NCBI GenBank assembly: GCA_963662715.1
Contig: OY759724.1
Location: 3,180,001-3,212,000, forward strand
Source of the DNA: Candidatus Omnitrophota bacterium
GTDB lineage: Bacteria > Omnitrophota > Gorgyraeia > Zapsychrales > JANLHA01
DNA length: 32,000 bases
Reading direction: 5' to 3'
Notes under the pieces: model-generated
Databases searched by the model: none
The model's input: only the letters and a program-made list of their open reading frames with translations
What the model was told of the DNA's origin: nothing
Position numbers and translations under genes: made by a program
Shown here: piece after piece, positions 23,638 to 32,000 of the stretch
How positions within the stretch are numbered: position 1 is the stretch's first letter
Layout of the letters: every line of letters begins with the position of its first letter

Positions 23638-24693
23638 ATGTGGAAAGGCATTATTGAACAATATCGTGACTTCCTGCCCGTGTCTGAGAAAACTCCTGTG
23701 GTGACACTGCAGGAAGGGAACACCCCGCTGATTCTGGCTGAGGATTTAACGGAAAGGATCGGGCTTAAAGTCTATTTGAAATATGACGGCTGCAATCCTA
23801 CGGGGTCATTTAAAGACCGCGGGATGACCATGGCCATTTCTAAAGCCAAGGAACAAGGGGCCAAAATCGTTATGTGCGCTTCGACCGGGAACACGTCCGC
23901 TTCGGCGGCCGCTTATGCCGCGCGCAGTGAAACGATGACCTGTGTGGTTTTAATCCCGGAAGGGAATATCGCCCTGGGTAAACTTGCCCAGGCGATGATC
24001 CATGACGCAAAGGTCATTGCGATTAAAGGGAACTTCGACCAGGCGCTGAACCTTGTTAAAGAAATCACGAGCAACTACCCTGTGGAACTGGTCAATTCCA
24101 TAAATCCTTTCCGGATCGAAGGCCAGAAATCGGCGGCTTTCGAAATCTGCGACGCCTTGGGTGATGCCCCGGAATTTCACTCAATCCCTGTCGGGAATGC
24201 CGGGAATATCACCGCCTATTGGAAAGGATACCAGGAATATAAAAGATGCGGCCGAGCGTCTCAACTGCCGGTAATGCTCGGTTTTCAGGCGGCCGGGGCC
24301 GCTCCTATTGTTCACGGGAAAATTATTACTCATCCGGAAACGATTGCCACCGCGATCCGCATCGGAAATCCCGCAAGCTGGAAAACAGCAGAAGCCGCCC
24401 GCGACGAATCCGGAGGAATTATCGACATGGTCACAGATGAAGAAATCCTGGCAGCCTACAAGATACTCGCGCGGGGGACAGGAATTTTTGCTGAACCGGC
24501 TTCTGCCGCTTCTATCGCAGGCCTGCTGAAATTACATGACCGCGGCTTTTTCGATTCCCATAAAGGAGCCCGCGTGGTTTGCACCCTGACCGGGCACGGC
24601 CTGAAAGATCCTAATATCGCCATCAAGAATGTCGCTGATCCCGTATCGCTAGAGCCTGATATAAAAGGAATTCTCAAGGAAATCGGCTTATAG
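23638..24693 (+). CDS. thrC: Threonine synthase
   Basis: 351 aa. PLP-lysine motif NPTGSFKDRG and ASTGNTSASAAAYA. Adjacent to hom. Confidence 0.9.
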   Translation: MWKGIIEQYRDFLPVSEKTPVVTLQEGNTPLILAEDLTERIGLKVYLKYDGCNPTGSFKDRGMTMAISKAKEQGAKIVMCASTGNTSASAAAYAARSETMTCVVLIPEGNIALGKLAQAMIHDAKVIAIKGNFDQALNLVKEITSNYPVELVNSINPFRIEGQKSAAFEICDALGDAPEFHSIPVGNAGNITAYWKGYQEYKRCGRASQLPVMLGFQAAGAAPIVHGKIITHPETIATAIRIGNPASWKTAEAARDESGGIIDMVTDEEILAAYKILARGTGIFAEPASAASIAGLLKLHDRGFFDSHKGARVVCTLTGHGLKDPNIAIKNVADPVSLEPDIKGILKEIGL

Positions 24694-24704
24694 GTATTGC
24701 AAAA

Positions 24705-25340
24705 ATGGGATTGAAACAAAAACGGGTCTTAATAACCTGCGGGCCGACGTGGGTGCCCATAGATGACGTACGCGTCATAAGCAACATTTCAACCGGGGAG
24801 CTCGGGCAGAAATGCGCTCTGGCCTTTAAAAAAAGAGGGGCCAGAATTACGCTTTTAGAAGGCCCGGTGAGCGTTCCTCTGAATATCCAGGGGATACGGC
24901 GGGTCAAATATCGGTATTTTCATGAATTGCGGGATTTGTTAAAGAAGGAGCTTAAAAAAAATTTTGATATTGTCCTTCATGCAGCCGCGGTTTCCGACTA
25001 CCAGCTTAAGAGCGCTGTTAAAGGAAAAATATCATCGCAAAAAGAACAGCTGACTTTGCAGTTGATCCCTGCGGACAAACTGATAAAAACCATCAAACAA
25101 CTCTCACCGCAGGCCTGTTTAGTCGGGTTTAAACTTGATCCGAGATTCAACCGAAAAAGACTTTTGCAGCAGGCCAAAGATTTAATGCGGTCAGCCGGCT
25201 GCGATATGGTGGTGGCCAATTCCACCAAACCGGGCTACCGTGCGTTCACGGTGAACAGCCGCCATGAAACATCACAGACAGCCGATTCAAAAGAAAAGCT
25301 GATAGGACTTTTAATCAAAGAACTGGAAAATATCCCATGA
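24705..25340 (+). CDS. Stand-alone CoaB-like protein (phosphopantothenate-cysteine ligase domain)
   Basis: 211 aa. VLITCGPTWVPIDDVRVISNISTGELG, AAAVSDY and LVGFK align by eye with the CoaB half of E. coli Dfp ([38 protein letters not shown]). Confidence 0.65.
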   Translation: MGLKQKRVLITCGPTWVPIDDVRVISNISTGELGQKCALAFKKRGARITLLEGPVSVPLNIQGIRRVKYRYFHELRDLLKKELKKNFDIVLHAAAVSDYQLKSAVKGKISSQKEQLTLQLIPADKLIKTIKQLSPQACLVGFKLDPRFNRKRLLQQAKDLMRSAGCDMVVANSTKPGYRAFTVNSRHETSQTADSKEKLIGLLIKELENIP

Positions 25341-26539
25341 AGTACATCATCATTGTCCCAGACGGCATGGCCGACCAGCCCTTGGAAGAATTGGGGGGTA
25401 AAACCCCGCTTGAGGCTGCCCATACCCAGAACATGGACTATCTGGCCCGTAACGGCACTGTGGGGATGGTGAAGACCATTCCGGACGGGATGAAACCCGG
25501 TTCGGAAATCGGCAACCTTTCCCTGATGGGCTATGATCCTAAGAAAGTCTTTTCCGGGCGCGCCCCGCTGGAAGCAGCCAACATGGGCATTGCCCTGGCA
25601 GAGGATGAAGTCGCATTCCGCTGCAATCTCGTCACAATAGCCGACAAAAAAATGCTGGACTACAGCGCAGGGCATATCCCGAGCAAAGAAGCGTCCTTGA
25701 TCATCGAGACTCTCAACAAGAATATCGCCGAAGAAGGCATCCGGTTCATTGCCGGGAAAAGCTACCGGCATCTCATGGTCATTAAGGTCCGGAACGTTCA
25801 GGAGTTTATCAATATAAAATGCACACCGCCGCACGATATTATGGGGAAAAGCATCGACAAGTTCTTACCCGAAGGGGCCGGGGCAAAAATCCTGCTGAAG
25901 CTCATGGAAAAATCTGAAAATATCCTTGCGGAACACCCCGTCAACAATGTACGGATAGATCTGAAAGAAAACCCTGCCAACATGATCTGGTTGTGGGGAC
26001 AGGGGATCAAACCGAATCTTCCGGCTTTTAAAGACAAATACGGCGTAACGGGGGGGATCATTTCGGCCGTTGACCTGGTGAACGGGATCGGGCGACTGGC
26101 AGGATTAGACATTATCAAAGTCCCGGGGATTACGGGCTACTATGACACGAATTATCTCGGCAAAGCGAAATATGCCCTTAACGCGCTTAAGACCAAAGAT
26201 TTTGTTTATATTCATATTGAAGCTCCGGATGAGGCCGGACACAACGGAGACGCCAAAGCAAAAATGGAATCCATTGAAAAAATTGACCGGGAAATCGTGG
26301 GAACGATTATCACCCATTTCGACGCCCATGATGCGGTGAGAATTCTTGTGCTTCCGGATCACCCCACGCCAGTCCATTTAAGGACGCATACCCGGGACCC
26401 GGTGGGTTTCGTCATGTATGGCAAAGGCGTGCCCCTTGATACGGCGGAATATTTCGACGAAACCTCGGCCAAGGAAAAAGGATTAAAATATAAAAGCGGC
26501 GAAGACCTCATGGAATTTTTCATGAATAAATACTTGTAA
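25337..26539 (+). CDS. ApgM-type cofactor-independent phosphoglycerate mutase family protein (possible non-canonical homoserine kinase)
   Basis: 400 aa with alkaline-phosphatase-superfamily metal-site motifs (IIIVPDGMADQP, HIEAPDEAGHNGD, LVLPDHPTP). ATGA overlap with the upstream gene. Confidence 0.8.
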   Translation: MKYIIIVPDGMADQPLEELGGKTPLEAAHTQNMDYLARNGTVGMVKTIPDGMKPGSEIGNLSLMGYDPKKVFSGRAPLEAANMGIALAEDEVAFRCNLVTIADKKMLDYSAGHIPSKEASLIIETLNKNIAEEGIRFIAGKSYRHLMVIKVRNVQEFINIKCTPPHDIMGKSIDKFLPEGAGAKILLKLMEKSENILAEHPVNNVRIDLKENPANMIWLWGQGIKPNLPAFKDKYGVTGGIISAVDLVNGIGRLAGLDIIKVPGITGYYDTNYLGKAKYALNALKTKDFVYIHIEAPDEAGHNGDAKAKMESIEKIDREIVGTIITHFDAHDAVRILVLPDHPTPVHLRTHTRDPVGFVMYGKGVPLDTAEYFDETSAKEKGLKYKSGEDLMEFFMNKYL

Positions 26540-26544
26540 AGACT

Positions 26545-28191
26545 ATGAATTCCGTATTGATATTACTTGGTGCTGTAGTGTTTTTTATTCTGGGATACCG
26601 GTTTTATGCCTCGAAAGTGGCCACGATCTGGCAAATCGACGTCAACCGGCCCACTCCGGCTGTGAGCCAATATGACGGTGTCGACTATGTCCCGGCAAGA
26701 AATTGGCTCATGTTGTTCGGGCACCATTTCGCTTCCATTGCCGGCGCCGGCCCCATTATCGGACCGGTTATTGCCGTGACGCTCTGGGGCTGGGTTCCGG
26801 CCCTGATCTGGGTTGTGTTGGGATCTATTTTCCTCGGCGGCATCCATGATTTCGGTTCCTTAATGATATCTGTCAGGGAAGACGGGGCCACGATCGGAGA
26901 CATCGCCTCAAGCGTTATCTCCAAGCGGGCCAAAATCATCCTTTCTATCTTTATCTGGTTGGCGTTAATTCTTGTCATCGCCGTCTTTGCTTATTTCGGA
27001 GCTAAGACTTTTGTCGAACAACCCAAAGTCGTAGCACCCTCATTAGGCATCATCCCCCTTGCGGTCATGGTCGGCCTGGGGCTATACACGTTAAAATGGC
27101 CTCCGACTGTCGTAACAGTCTGCGGCCTTTGCGTTTTATCCTGGCTCATTTTTTTCGGGGAACAATGCCCTATTTCTTTAGGGGATAACGGCATGACCTT
27201 ATGGATCCTTGTCCTGTTGGTTTATTGTTATATTGCGTCGATCTTGCCCGTTAATATCCTTTTACAACCCCGCGATTACCTCTCAAGTTATCTACTGATC
27301 GGAGGGATTGTTCTGGCCGTATCCGGGATATTCGTGAGCCACCCGGACATGGCGTCCCCGGCTTTCATTTCTCATACGAGTCCGGTTGGTTTTATCTGGC
27401 CGATGATGTTTATTACTGTGGCCTGCGGGGCTAACTCGGGATTTCATTCTCTCATCGCCTCCGGCACGACATCCAAACAGCTGCCGAATGAAAAATATGC
27501 CAAAAGAATCGGATTCGGAGGCATGCTTTTGGAAGGCTTTTTAGCGGTCATTGTTATTATATTAATAACCAGCGGATTCACTCTGGATGAATTCAACGCT
27601 CATGTCGCGGCCAAAACAGACCCCCTGAACCTTTACGGTCTGGCCTTCGGAAACATCACATCACCGATTTTGGGGGAGTGGGGCACGTTTATCGCTTTAA
27701 CGATCTTAAACGTTTTCATCCTGACCACACTGGACTCAGCCACCAGGATCACAAGATATATCACCGAAGAACTCCTGGGAATAAAAAACCGGTTTATATC
27801 GACCTGGATCATTATCATGGCCGGGGGCTTTCTCGCTTTGAGCAAGGACAGCGCACAGACCCCCCTTTGGCAAAAAATCTGGCCGGCCTTCGGGGCTTCC
27901 AACCAACTGGTGGCCGCGCTGGCATTACTTGTTATATCGGCTTGGTTGTTAAGCAAAAAAAGACCGACAATTTATTCCCTTTTACCGGCTGTTTTTATGC
28001 TCCTGACATCCATCGCCGCCCTTGTATTTCAAATTATGACGTATTTCAAAACGAAGGACTACGGATTAATCGTCATTTCCGGGGTGCTTATCATTTCAGC
28101 GGCTTTTTTATGCAGCGAAATTTTCTTAAGTTTCCGGAAAACACTTAAAAATGCAAGACTGTTGTTTCATTTTGAAAGAGGACGAACATGA
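26545..28191 (+). CDS. cstA: CstA-family transporter (carbon starvation protein A; peptide/pyruvate transporter family)
   Basis: 548 aa, polytopic. CstA-typical N-terminal region (LFGHHFASIAGAGPIIGPVIAV..WGWVPALIWVVLGSIFLGGIHDF). Confidence 0.85.
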   Translation: MNSVLILLGAVVFFILGYRFYASKVATIWQIDVNRPTPAVSQYDGVDYVPARNWLMLFGHHFASIAGAGPIIGPVIAVTLWGWVPALIWVVLGSIFLGGIHDFGSLMISVREDGATIGDIASSVISKRAKIILSIFIWLALILVIAVFAYFGAKTFVEQPKVVAPSLGIIPLAVMVGLGLYTLKWPPTVVTVCGLCVLSWLIFFGEQCPISLGDNGMTLWILVLLVYCYIASILPVNILLQPRDYLSSYLLIGGIVLAVSGIFVSHPDMASPAFISHTSPVGFIWPMMFITVACGANSGFHSLIASGTTSKQLPNEKYAKRIGFGGMLLEGFLAVIVIILITSGFTLDEFNAHVAAKTDPLNLYGLAFGNITSPILGEWGTFIALTILNVFILTTLDSATRITRYITEELLGIKNRFISTWIIIMAGGFLALSKDSAQTPLWQKIWPAFGASNQLVAALALLVISAWLLSKKRPTIYSLLPAVFMLLTSIAALVFQIMTYFKTKDYGLIVISGVLIISAAFLCSEIFLSFRKTLKNARLLFHFERGRT

Positions 28192-29411
28192 CAAAAGCCA
28201 TTATTGTTCAGAAATTCGGCGGGTCGTCCGTTGCCAATATTGATCGTATTAAAATCGTTGCCGAACGGGTCCTGCAGACAAAGACGAAAAGAAACAGTGT
28301 CGTTGTGGTGGTCTCCGCCTTGGGGGATACGACGGATGAACTTGAAGAGCTGGCATTCAGCATCACGAAACAGCCGCCTGAGAGAGAGATGGACATGCTC
28401 ATGTCAACGGGCGAACAAATTTCCTGCGCTCTTTTGGCGATGGCTATCAAGGCCTTGGGACATGACGCCATTTCATTGACCGGCGGGCAGGTGGGGATCA
28501 AAACGGACAAATCTCACACCAAGGCGCGCATCGAGTCTATCGACGCGCAGCGTATACGCAAAGCCCTGAAAGAGAATAAAATTGTTATCGTTGCCGGGTT
28601 TCAAGGGGTGACGAGCGACGATGACATTACGACGCTAGGGAGGGGAGGATCCGACCTGACAGCCGTGGCTCTGGCCATCACCTTGGGAGCCCGTGTCTGT
28701 GAAATTTTTACCGATGTGAAAGGTATTTATACAACGGATCCCCGCATTGAGAAGAAAGCCAAGAAAATTAAAACCATTTCTTATGATGAAATGCTGGAAA
28801 TGGCATCCTTAGGCGCTCAAGTCATGCAGGCCCGTTCTATTGAAGTTGCCAAACGGTTTAATATTCCTATTCATGTTCGGTCAAGTTTTTCTAAGGAGGA
28901 AGGGACCATGATCATCAAAAACAGTCCAAAGCTCGAGCAGATTGCCGTGAGCGGGATCACTTGCAATAAGAAAGAAGCTAAAATCACAATTTGTGCCGTG
29001 CCGGACAGGCCGGGTGTCGCTGCCCATATTTTCACAGAAATTTCCAAAACCGGCGTGAATGTAGACACCATTGTGCAGAACGTTTCCCACACCAAGCATA
29101 CGGATATTTCATTTACCGTACCCCGGGCGGACCTGACAAAAGCCTTGAAATCAGCAGAGCAGATTGCCAAAAAAATGCAGGCCAGTGAAATTTTACATGA
29201 CAAAAATATCGCCAGAGTTTCCATCATCGGCTCCGGGATGCGTTCCCATCACGGGATTGCCGCAAGAATGTTCCAGACGCTGGCGACTCACAAGATCAAT
29301 ATTGAAATGATTACGACCTCGGAAATCAGCATTTCCTGTATCATTGATGAAAAATTCTCTGATAAAGCCGTAAAGGCCTTGCATTCCAGCTTCAATTTGG
29401 CTAAAGGGTAA
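28188..29411 (+). CDS. lysC: Aspartate kinase
   Basis: 407 aa. N-terminal VQKFGGSSVAN and LGRGGSDLTAVALA. Two C-terminal ACT-like repeats. ATGA overlap with the cstA stop. Confidence 0.9.
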   Translation: MTKAIIVQKFGGSSVANIDRIKIVAERVLQTKTKRNSVVVVVSALGDTTDELEELAFSITKQPPEREMDMLMSTGEQISCALLAMAIKALGHDAISLTGGQVGIKTDKSHTKARIESIDAQRIRKALKENKIVIVAGFQGVTSDDDITTLGRGGSDLTAVALAITLGARVCEIFTDVKGIYTTDPRIEKKAKKIKTISYDEMLEMASLGAQVMQARSIEVAKRFNIPIHVRSSFSKEEGTMIIKNSPKLEQIAVSGITCNKKEAKITICAVPDRPGVAAHIFTEISKTGVNVDTIVQNVSHTKHTDISFTVPRADLTKALKSAEQIAKKMQASEILHDKNIARVSIIGSGMRSHHGIAARMFQTLATHKINIEMITTSEISISCIIDEKFSDKAVKALHSSFNLAKG

Positions 29412-29471
29412 TATTTCCGGAACACACAGGCGGCGTTTTCAGCCTAATTTCTTAGAGAAAGGACAAACATT

Positions 29472-31046
29472 ATGTCCAGACAAATAGTGATTTATGACAC
29501 AACATTGCGCGACGGCTCGCAGACAGAAGGGATTTCTTTTTCGGTTAACGACAAGCTCAAAATCGCCGAAAAGCTAGACCAACTGGGCGTCCATTATATT
29601 GAAGGCGGGTGGCCGGGGTCTAATCCCAAAGACAAGGAATTTTTCAAACTGGCCCAGGGGAAAAAGTTCAAAAACGCCCGGATCACAGCTTTTGGTTCAA
29701 CCCGCAGGGCCAGGATCAAAGCTTCGGATGATGCAAATCTGCAGGAACTTATCCGTTCTAAAGCCCCGGCCGTTACGATATTCGGGAAGACCTGGGATCT
29801 GCATGTGACCGATGTTCTTAAGACCTCTTTAGAAGAAAATCTGGACATGATCAGAGATTCCGTCCATTTCCTCAAGTCTAAGAAACGGGAAGTCTTCTAC
29901 GACGCCGAACATTTTTTCGACGGGTACAAGGCGAACCCCGATTATGCTTTAAAAACACTTTTAGCCGCACAGGAAGGGAAGGCGGACTGTATTATCCTGT
30001 GTGACACAAACGGCGGGACACTGCCCCAGGAAATTCAGAAAATCATGTCCGAAATACAGCAGGCCGTCACGGCGCCTCTGGGCATTCACACTCATAATGA
30101 TCTTGATTTGGCGGTGGCCAACAGTTTAACAGCGATCGTGTCCGGCTGCACACAGGTTCAAGGGACATTCAACGGACTGGGAGAACGGTGCGGGAATGCC
30201 GATCTGTGCACGATCATTGCCATCCTGCATTCAAAAATGAAAATCAAATCTATCCCGGAAAACAAGGTTAAACTTTTAACGGAGACCGCTTACTTCTTGA
30301 GTGAAATCAGCAATATTAAGCTGGCGGATAATCATCCCTTTGTCGGGCACTCTGCTTTTGCCCATAAGGCCGGAGTTCATATCGACGCCATGTTAAAAAA
30401 TCCTTTAGCCTATGAACACGCGGATCCGCAAATCGTCGGGAACCACCGTCGTTTTATCACATCGGAACTGGCCGGAAAAATGCCTATCATTATGAAAGCC
30501 CAACAGATGGACACGTTCATCGATAAGAAATCACCGCAGGCCAAGAAACTGCTGAAAGAGCTGCAGGAAAAAGAACATGAAGGATATCAATTTGAAGCCG
30601 CGGATGCCTCCTTTGAGCTTTTCATGAAAAAGGCCCTTAAAAAATATACGCCTTTCTTCAAGCTGGAGGGGTTTAAAACTTTTATTGAGAAGCGTTTTGA
30701 CGGGAAGATCTTCGCGGAAGCATCTATACGGATCGATGTCAATGGACAAGAAAAATTCTCGGCGGCTGAAGGTGACGGACCCGTGGATGCTTTAGACCGG
30801 GCCTTGAGGCTTGCCCTGGATAATTTTTACCCGAACCTTAAAGACATGCATCTGAGAGACTATAAAGTCAGGGTCATCGATTCCAAGGCGGGAACGGCCG
30901 CCAAGGTAAGGGTTCTCATCGAATCGCAGGACAAAACGGATTCCTGGACAACGGTCGGCGTCCATGAAAACATCATCCAGGCCAGCTGGGAGGCTCTCAC
31001 GGACAGCATCGAGTATAAACTCATGAAAGACAGGAAAAAAAACTAA
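29472..31046 (+). CDS. cimA: Citramalate synthase (LeuA-related, CimA-type)
   Basis: 524 aa. The N-terminus IYDTTLRDGSQTEGISFSVNDKLKIAEKLDQLGVHYIEGGWPGSNPKDKEFF is typical of the roughly 525-aa citramalate synthase branch rather than classical LeuA. HTHNDLDLAVANS metal site. Confidence 0.8.
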   Translation: MSRQIVIYDTTLRDGSQTEGISFSVNDKLKIAEKLDQLGVHYIEGGWPGSNPKDKEFFKLAQGKKFKNARITAFGSTRRARIKASDDANLQELIRSKAPAVTIFGKTWDLHVTDVLKTSLEENLDMIRDSVHFLKSKKREVFYDAEHFFDGYKANPDYALKTLLAAQEGKADCIILCDTNGGTLPQEIQKIMSEIQQAVTAPLGIHTHNDLDLAVANSLTAIVSGCTQVQGTFNGLGERCGNADLCTIIAILHSKMKIKSIPENKVKLLTETAYFLSEISNIKLADNHPFVGHSAFAHKAGVHIDAMLKNPLAYEHADPQIVGNHRRFITSELAGKMPIIMKAQQMDTFIDKKSPQAKKLLKELQEKEHEGYQFEAADASFELFMKKALKKYTPFFKLEGFKTFIEKRFDGKIFAEASIRIDVNGQEKFSAAEGDGPVDALDRALRLALDNFYPNLKDMHLRDYKVRVIDSKAGTAAKVRVLIESQDKTDSWTTVGVHENIIQASWEALTDSIEYKLMKDRKKN

Positions 31047-31081
31047 ACCGCTACGACACGCATTAAGGGATTGTAGAAATC

Positions 31082-32000
31082 ATGAATGAATTACCGCCAC
31101 GTTTTATTTTTAATGATATTGAACCGAACTGGTGTTCGCTCTGGGAAAACACGAATATTTTCCACGGCTCGGCGAATCCGGCTAAAAAACCCTATTCCAT
31201 TGTCATTCCCCCTCCTAATGTCACGGGTATTCTCCATATGGGGCATGCTTTAAACAATACCCTGCAGGACATCATCATTCGCTACAAAAGGATGCAGGGC
31301 CATGAAACATGCTGGATGCCGGGGACGGACCATGCCGGTATTGCCACTCAAAATGTCGTTGAACGCCAGCTGGCACAGGAGGGGAAAACCCGTTATGATA
31401 TCGGCCGGGAGGAAATGCTCGCAAGGCTGTGGAAATGGAAAGAAGAATACGGAGGCACGATCATCAATCAGCTGAAAAAACTGGGATCTTCCTGCGACTG
31501 GGCACGGACACGGTTCACGATGGATGACGATTACAGCGACGCCGTGAAAGAAGTTTTTGTCCGGCTTTATGAAAAAGGCCTTATCTACCGCGGCAGATAT
31601 ATCATAAACTGGTGCCCCCGCTGCCAGACCGCGCTGTCTGATGAAGAAGCCGAACATCGCGAACAACAGGGCGCTTTGTATTACATACGCTATCCGTTGA
31701 AAAATGACGCCGGGCAATACGTCATTGTGGCGACGACCCGGCCGGAAACCATGCTGGGGGATACGGCCGTTGCTGTTCATCCGGAAGACCCCCGTTATCA
31801 ACACCTGATCGGGCAAACAATCACCTTGCCTATCATCAAACGGGACATTCCTGTGGTCGCGGACGCCTTTGTTGATCCGGCTTTCGGCACGGGAGCGGTC
31901 AAAGTCACTCCGGCTCACGATCCCAACGATTTTGAAATCGGCACGCGTCATAAATTAGCGTTCGTTAATATCATGCATGCCGATGCCGTCTTAAACGAAG
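31082..32000 (+). CDS. valS: Valyl-tRNA synthetase, 5' part (runs off the window)
   Basis: Absent from the ORF track (no stop inside the window). From ATG 31082 I read [28 protein letters not shown]...[56 protein letters not shown]...[22 protein letters not shown]...[19 protein letters not shown]. It has the class I HIGH motif and ValRS-typical blocks. Confidence 0.9.
   Translation, partial: MNELPPRFIFNDIEPNWCSLWENTNIFHGSANPAKKPYSIVIPPPNVTGILHMGHALNNTLQDIIIRYKRMQGHETCWMPGTDHAGIATQNVVERQLAQEGKTRYDIGREEMLARLWKWKEEYGGTIINQLKKLGSSCDWARTRFTMDDDYSDAVKEVFVRLYEKGLIYRGRYIINWCPRCQTALSDEEAEHREQQGALYYIRYPLKNDAGQYVIVATTRPETMLGDTAVAVHPEDPRYQHLIGQTITLPIIKRDIPVVADAFVDPAFGTGAVKVTPAHDPNDFEIGTRHKLAFVNIMHADAVLNE

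Noticed and set aside
24708-24717. GGATTGAAAC, identical to the last 10 nt of the CRISPR repeat, at the start of the CoaB-like gene.
   Set aside because: It is an isolated 10-mer with no adjacent repeat or spacer structure, and it lies within coding sequence (MGLKQ). This is most likely coincidence.
31250-31951. 233-aa minus-strand ORF, the only ORF-track entry in the last 900 nt.
   Set aside because: It is antisense to an unmistakable ValRS reading frame (HIGH motif and ValRS blocks) that is open from 31082 to the window end. It is a shadow ORF.

Overview
Bacterial chromosomal window: Shine-Dalgarno sites occur throughout, and tRNA-Tyr has the long variable arm typical of bacteria. It falls into three blocks.
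(1) 1-3953: a 3'-truncated exported protein and a three-gene O-acylation module (GDSL/SGNH esterase, SGNH-like partner, MBOAT acyltransferase).
(2) About 3954-17470: a visibly more AT-rich accessory/defence island. It holds an orphan 85-aa ORF with its own promoter, a class II Fic gene preceded by a 27-bp perfect palindrome, and a frameshifted gene remnant. A complete type I CRISPR-Cas locus follows, in the order cas6 / large subunit (502 aa) / separately encoded small-subunit-like gene (149 aa) / cas7 / cas5 / cas3 (HD+helicase) / cas1 / cas2 / cas4. After it come a 173-bp leader and a 30-repeat, 29-spacer array (37-bp repeat GTCGTCAGTACATATCCAACAAAACAAGGATTGAAAC) with an internal segmental duplication of six spacers. 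The Cas content is I-B-like, but the stand-alone Cas11-like gene and the cas1-cas2-cas4 order are not the textbook layout. This is the part of the window most worth follow-up.
(3) 17471-32000: a tRNA-Thr/Tyr/Gly cluster, a GT2 glycosyltransferase plus a 626-aa polytopic membrane protein, gpsA and tRNA-Pro. Then comes one tightly packed gene string, PilZ-hom-thrC-coaB-like-apgM-like-cstA-lysC-cimA-valS (partial), with no canonical thrB.
No similarity searches could be run. Family names rest on motifs readable in the translations.
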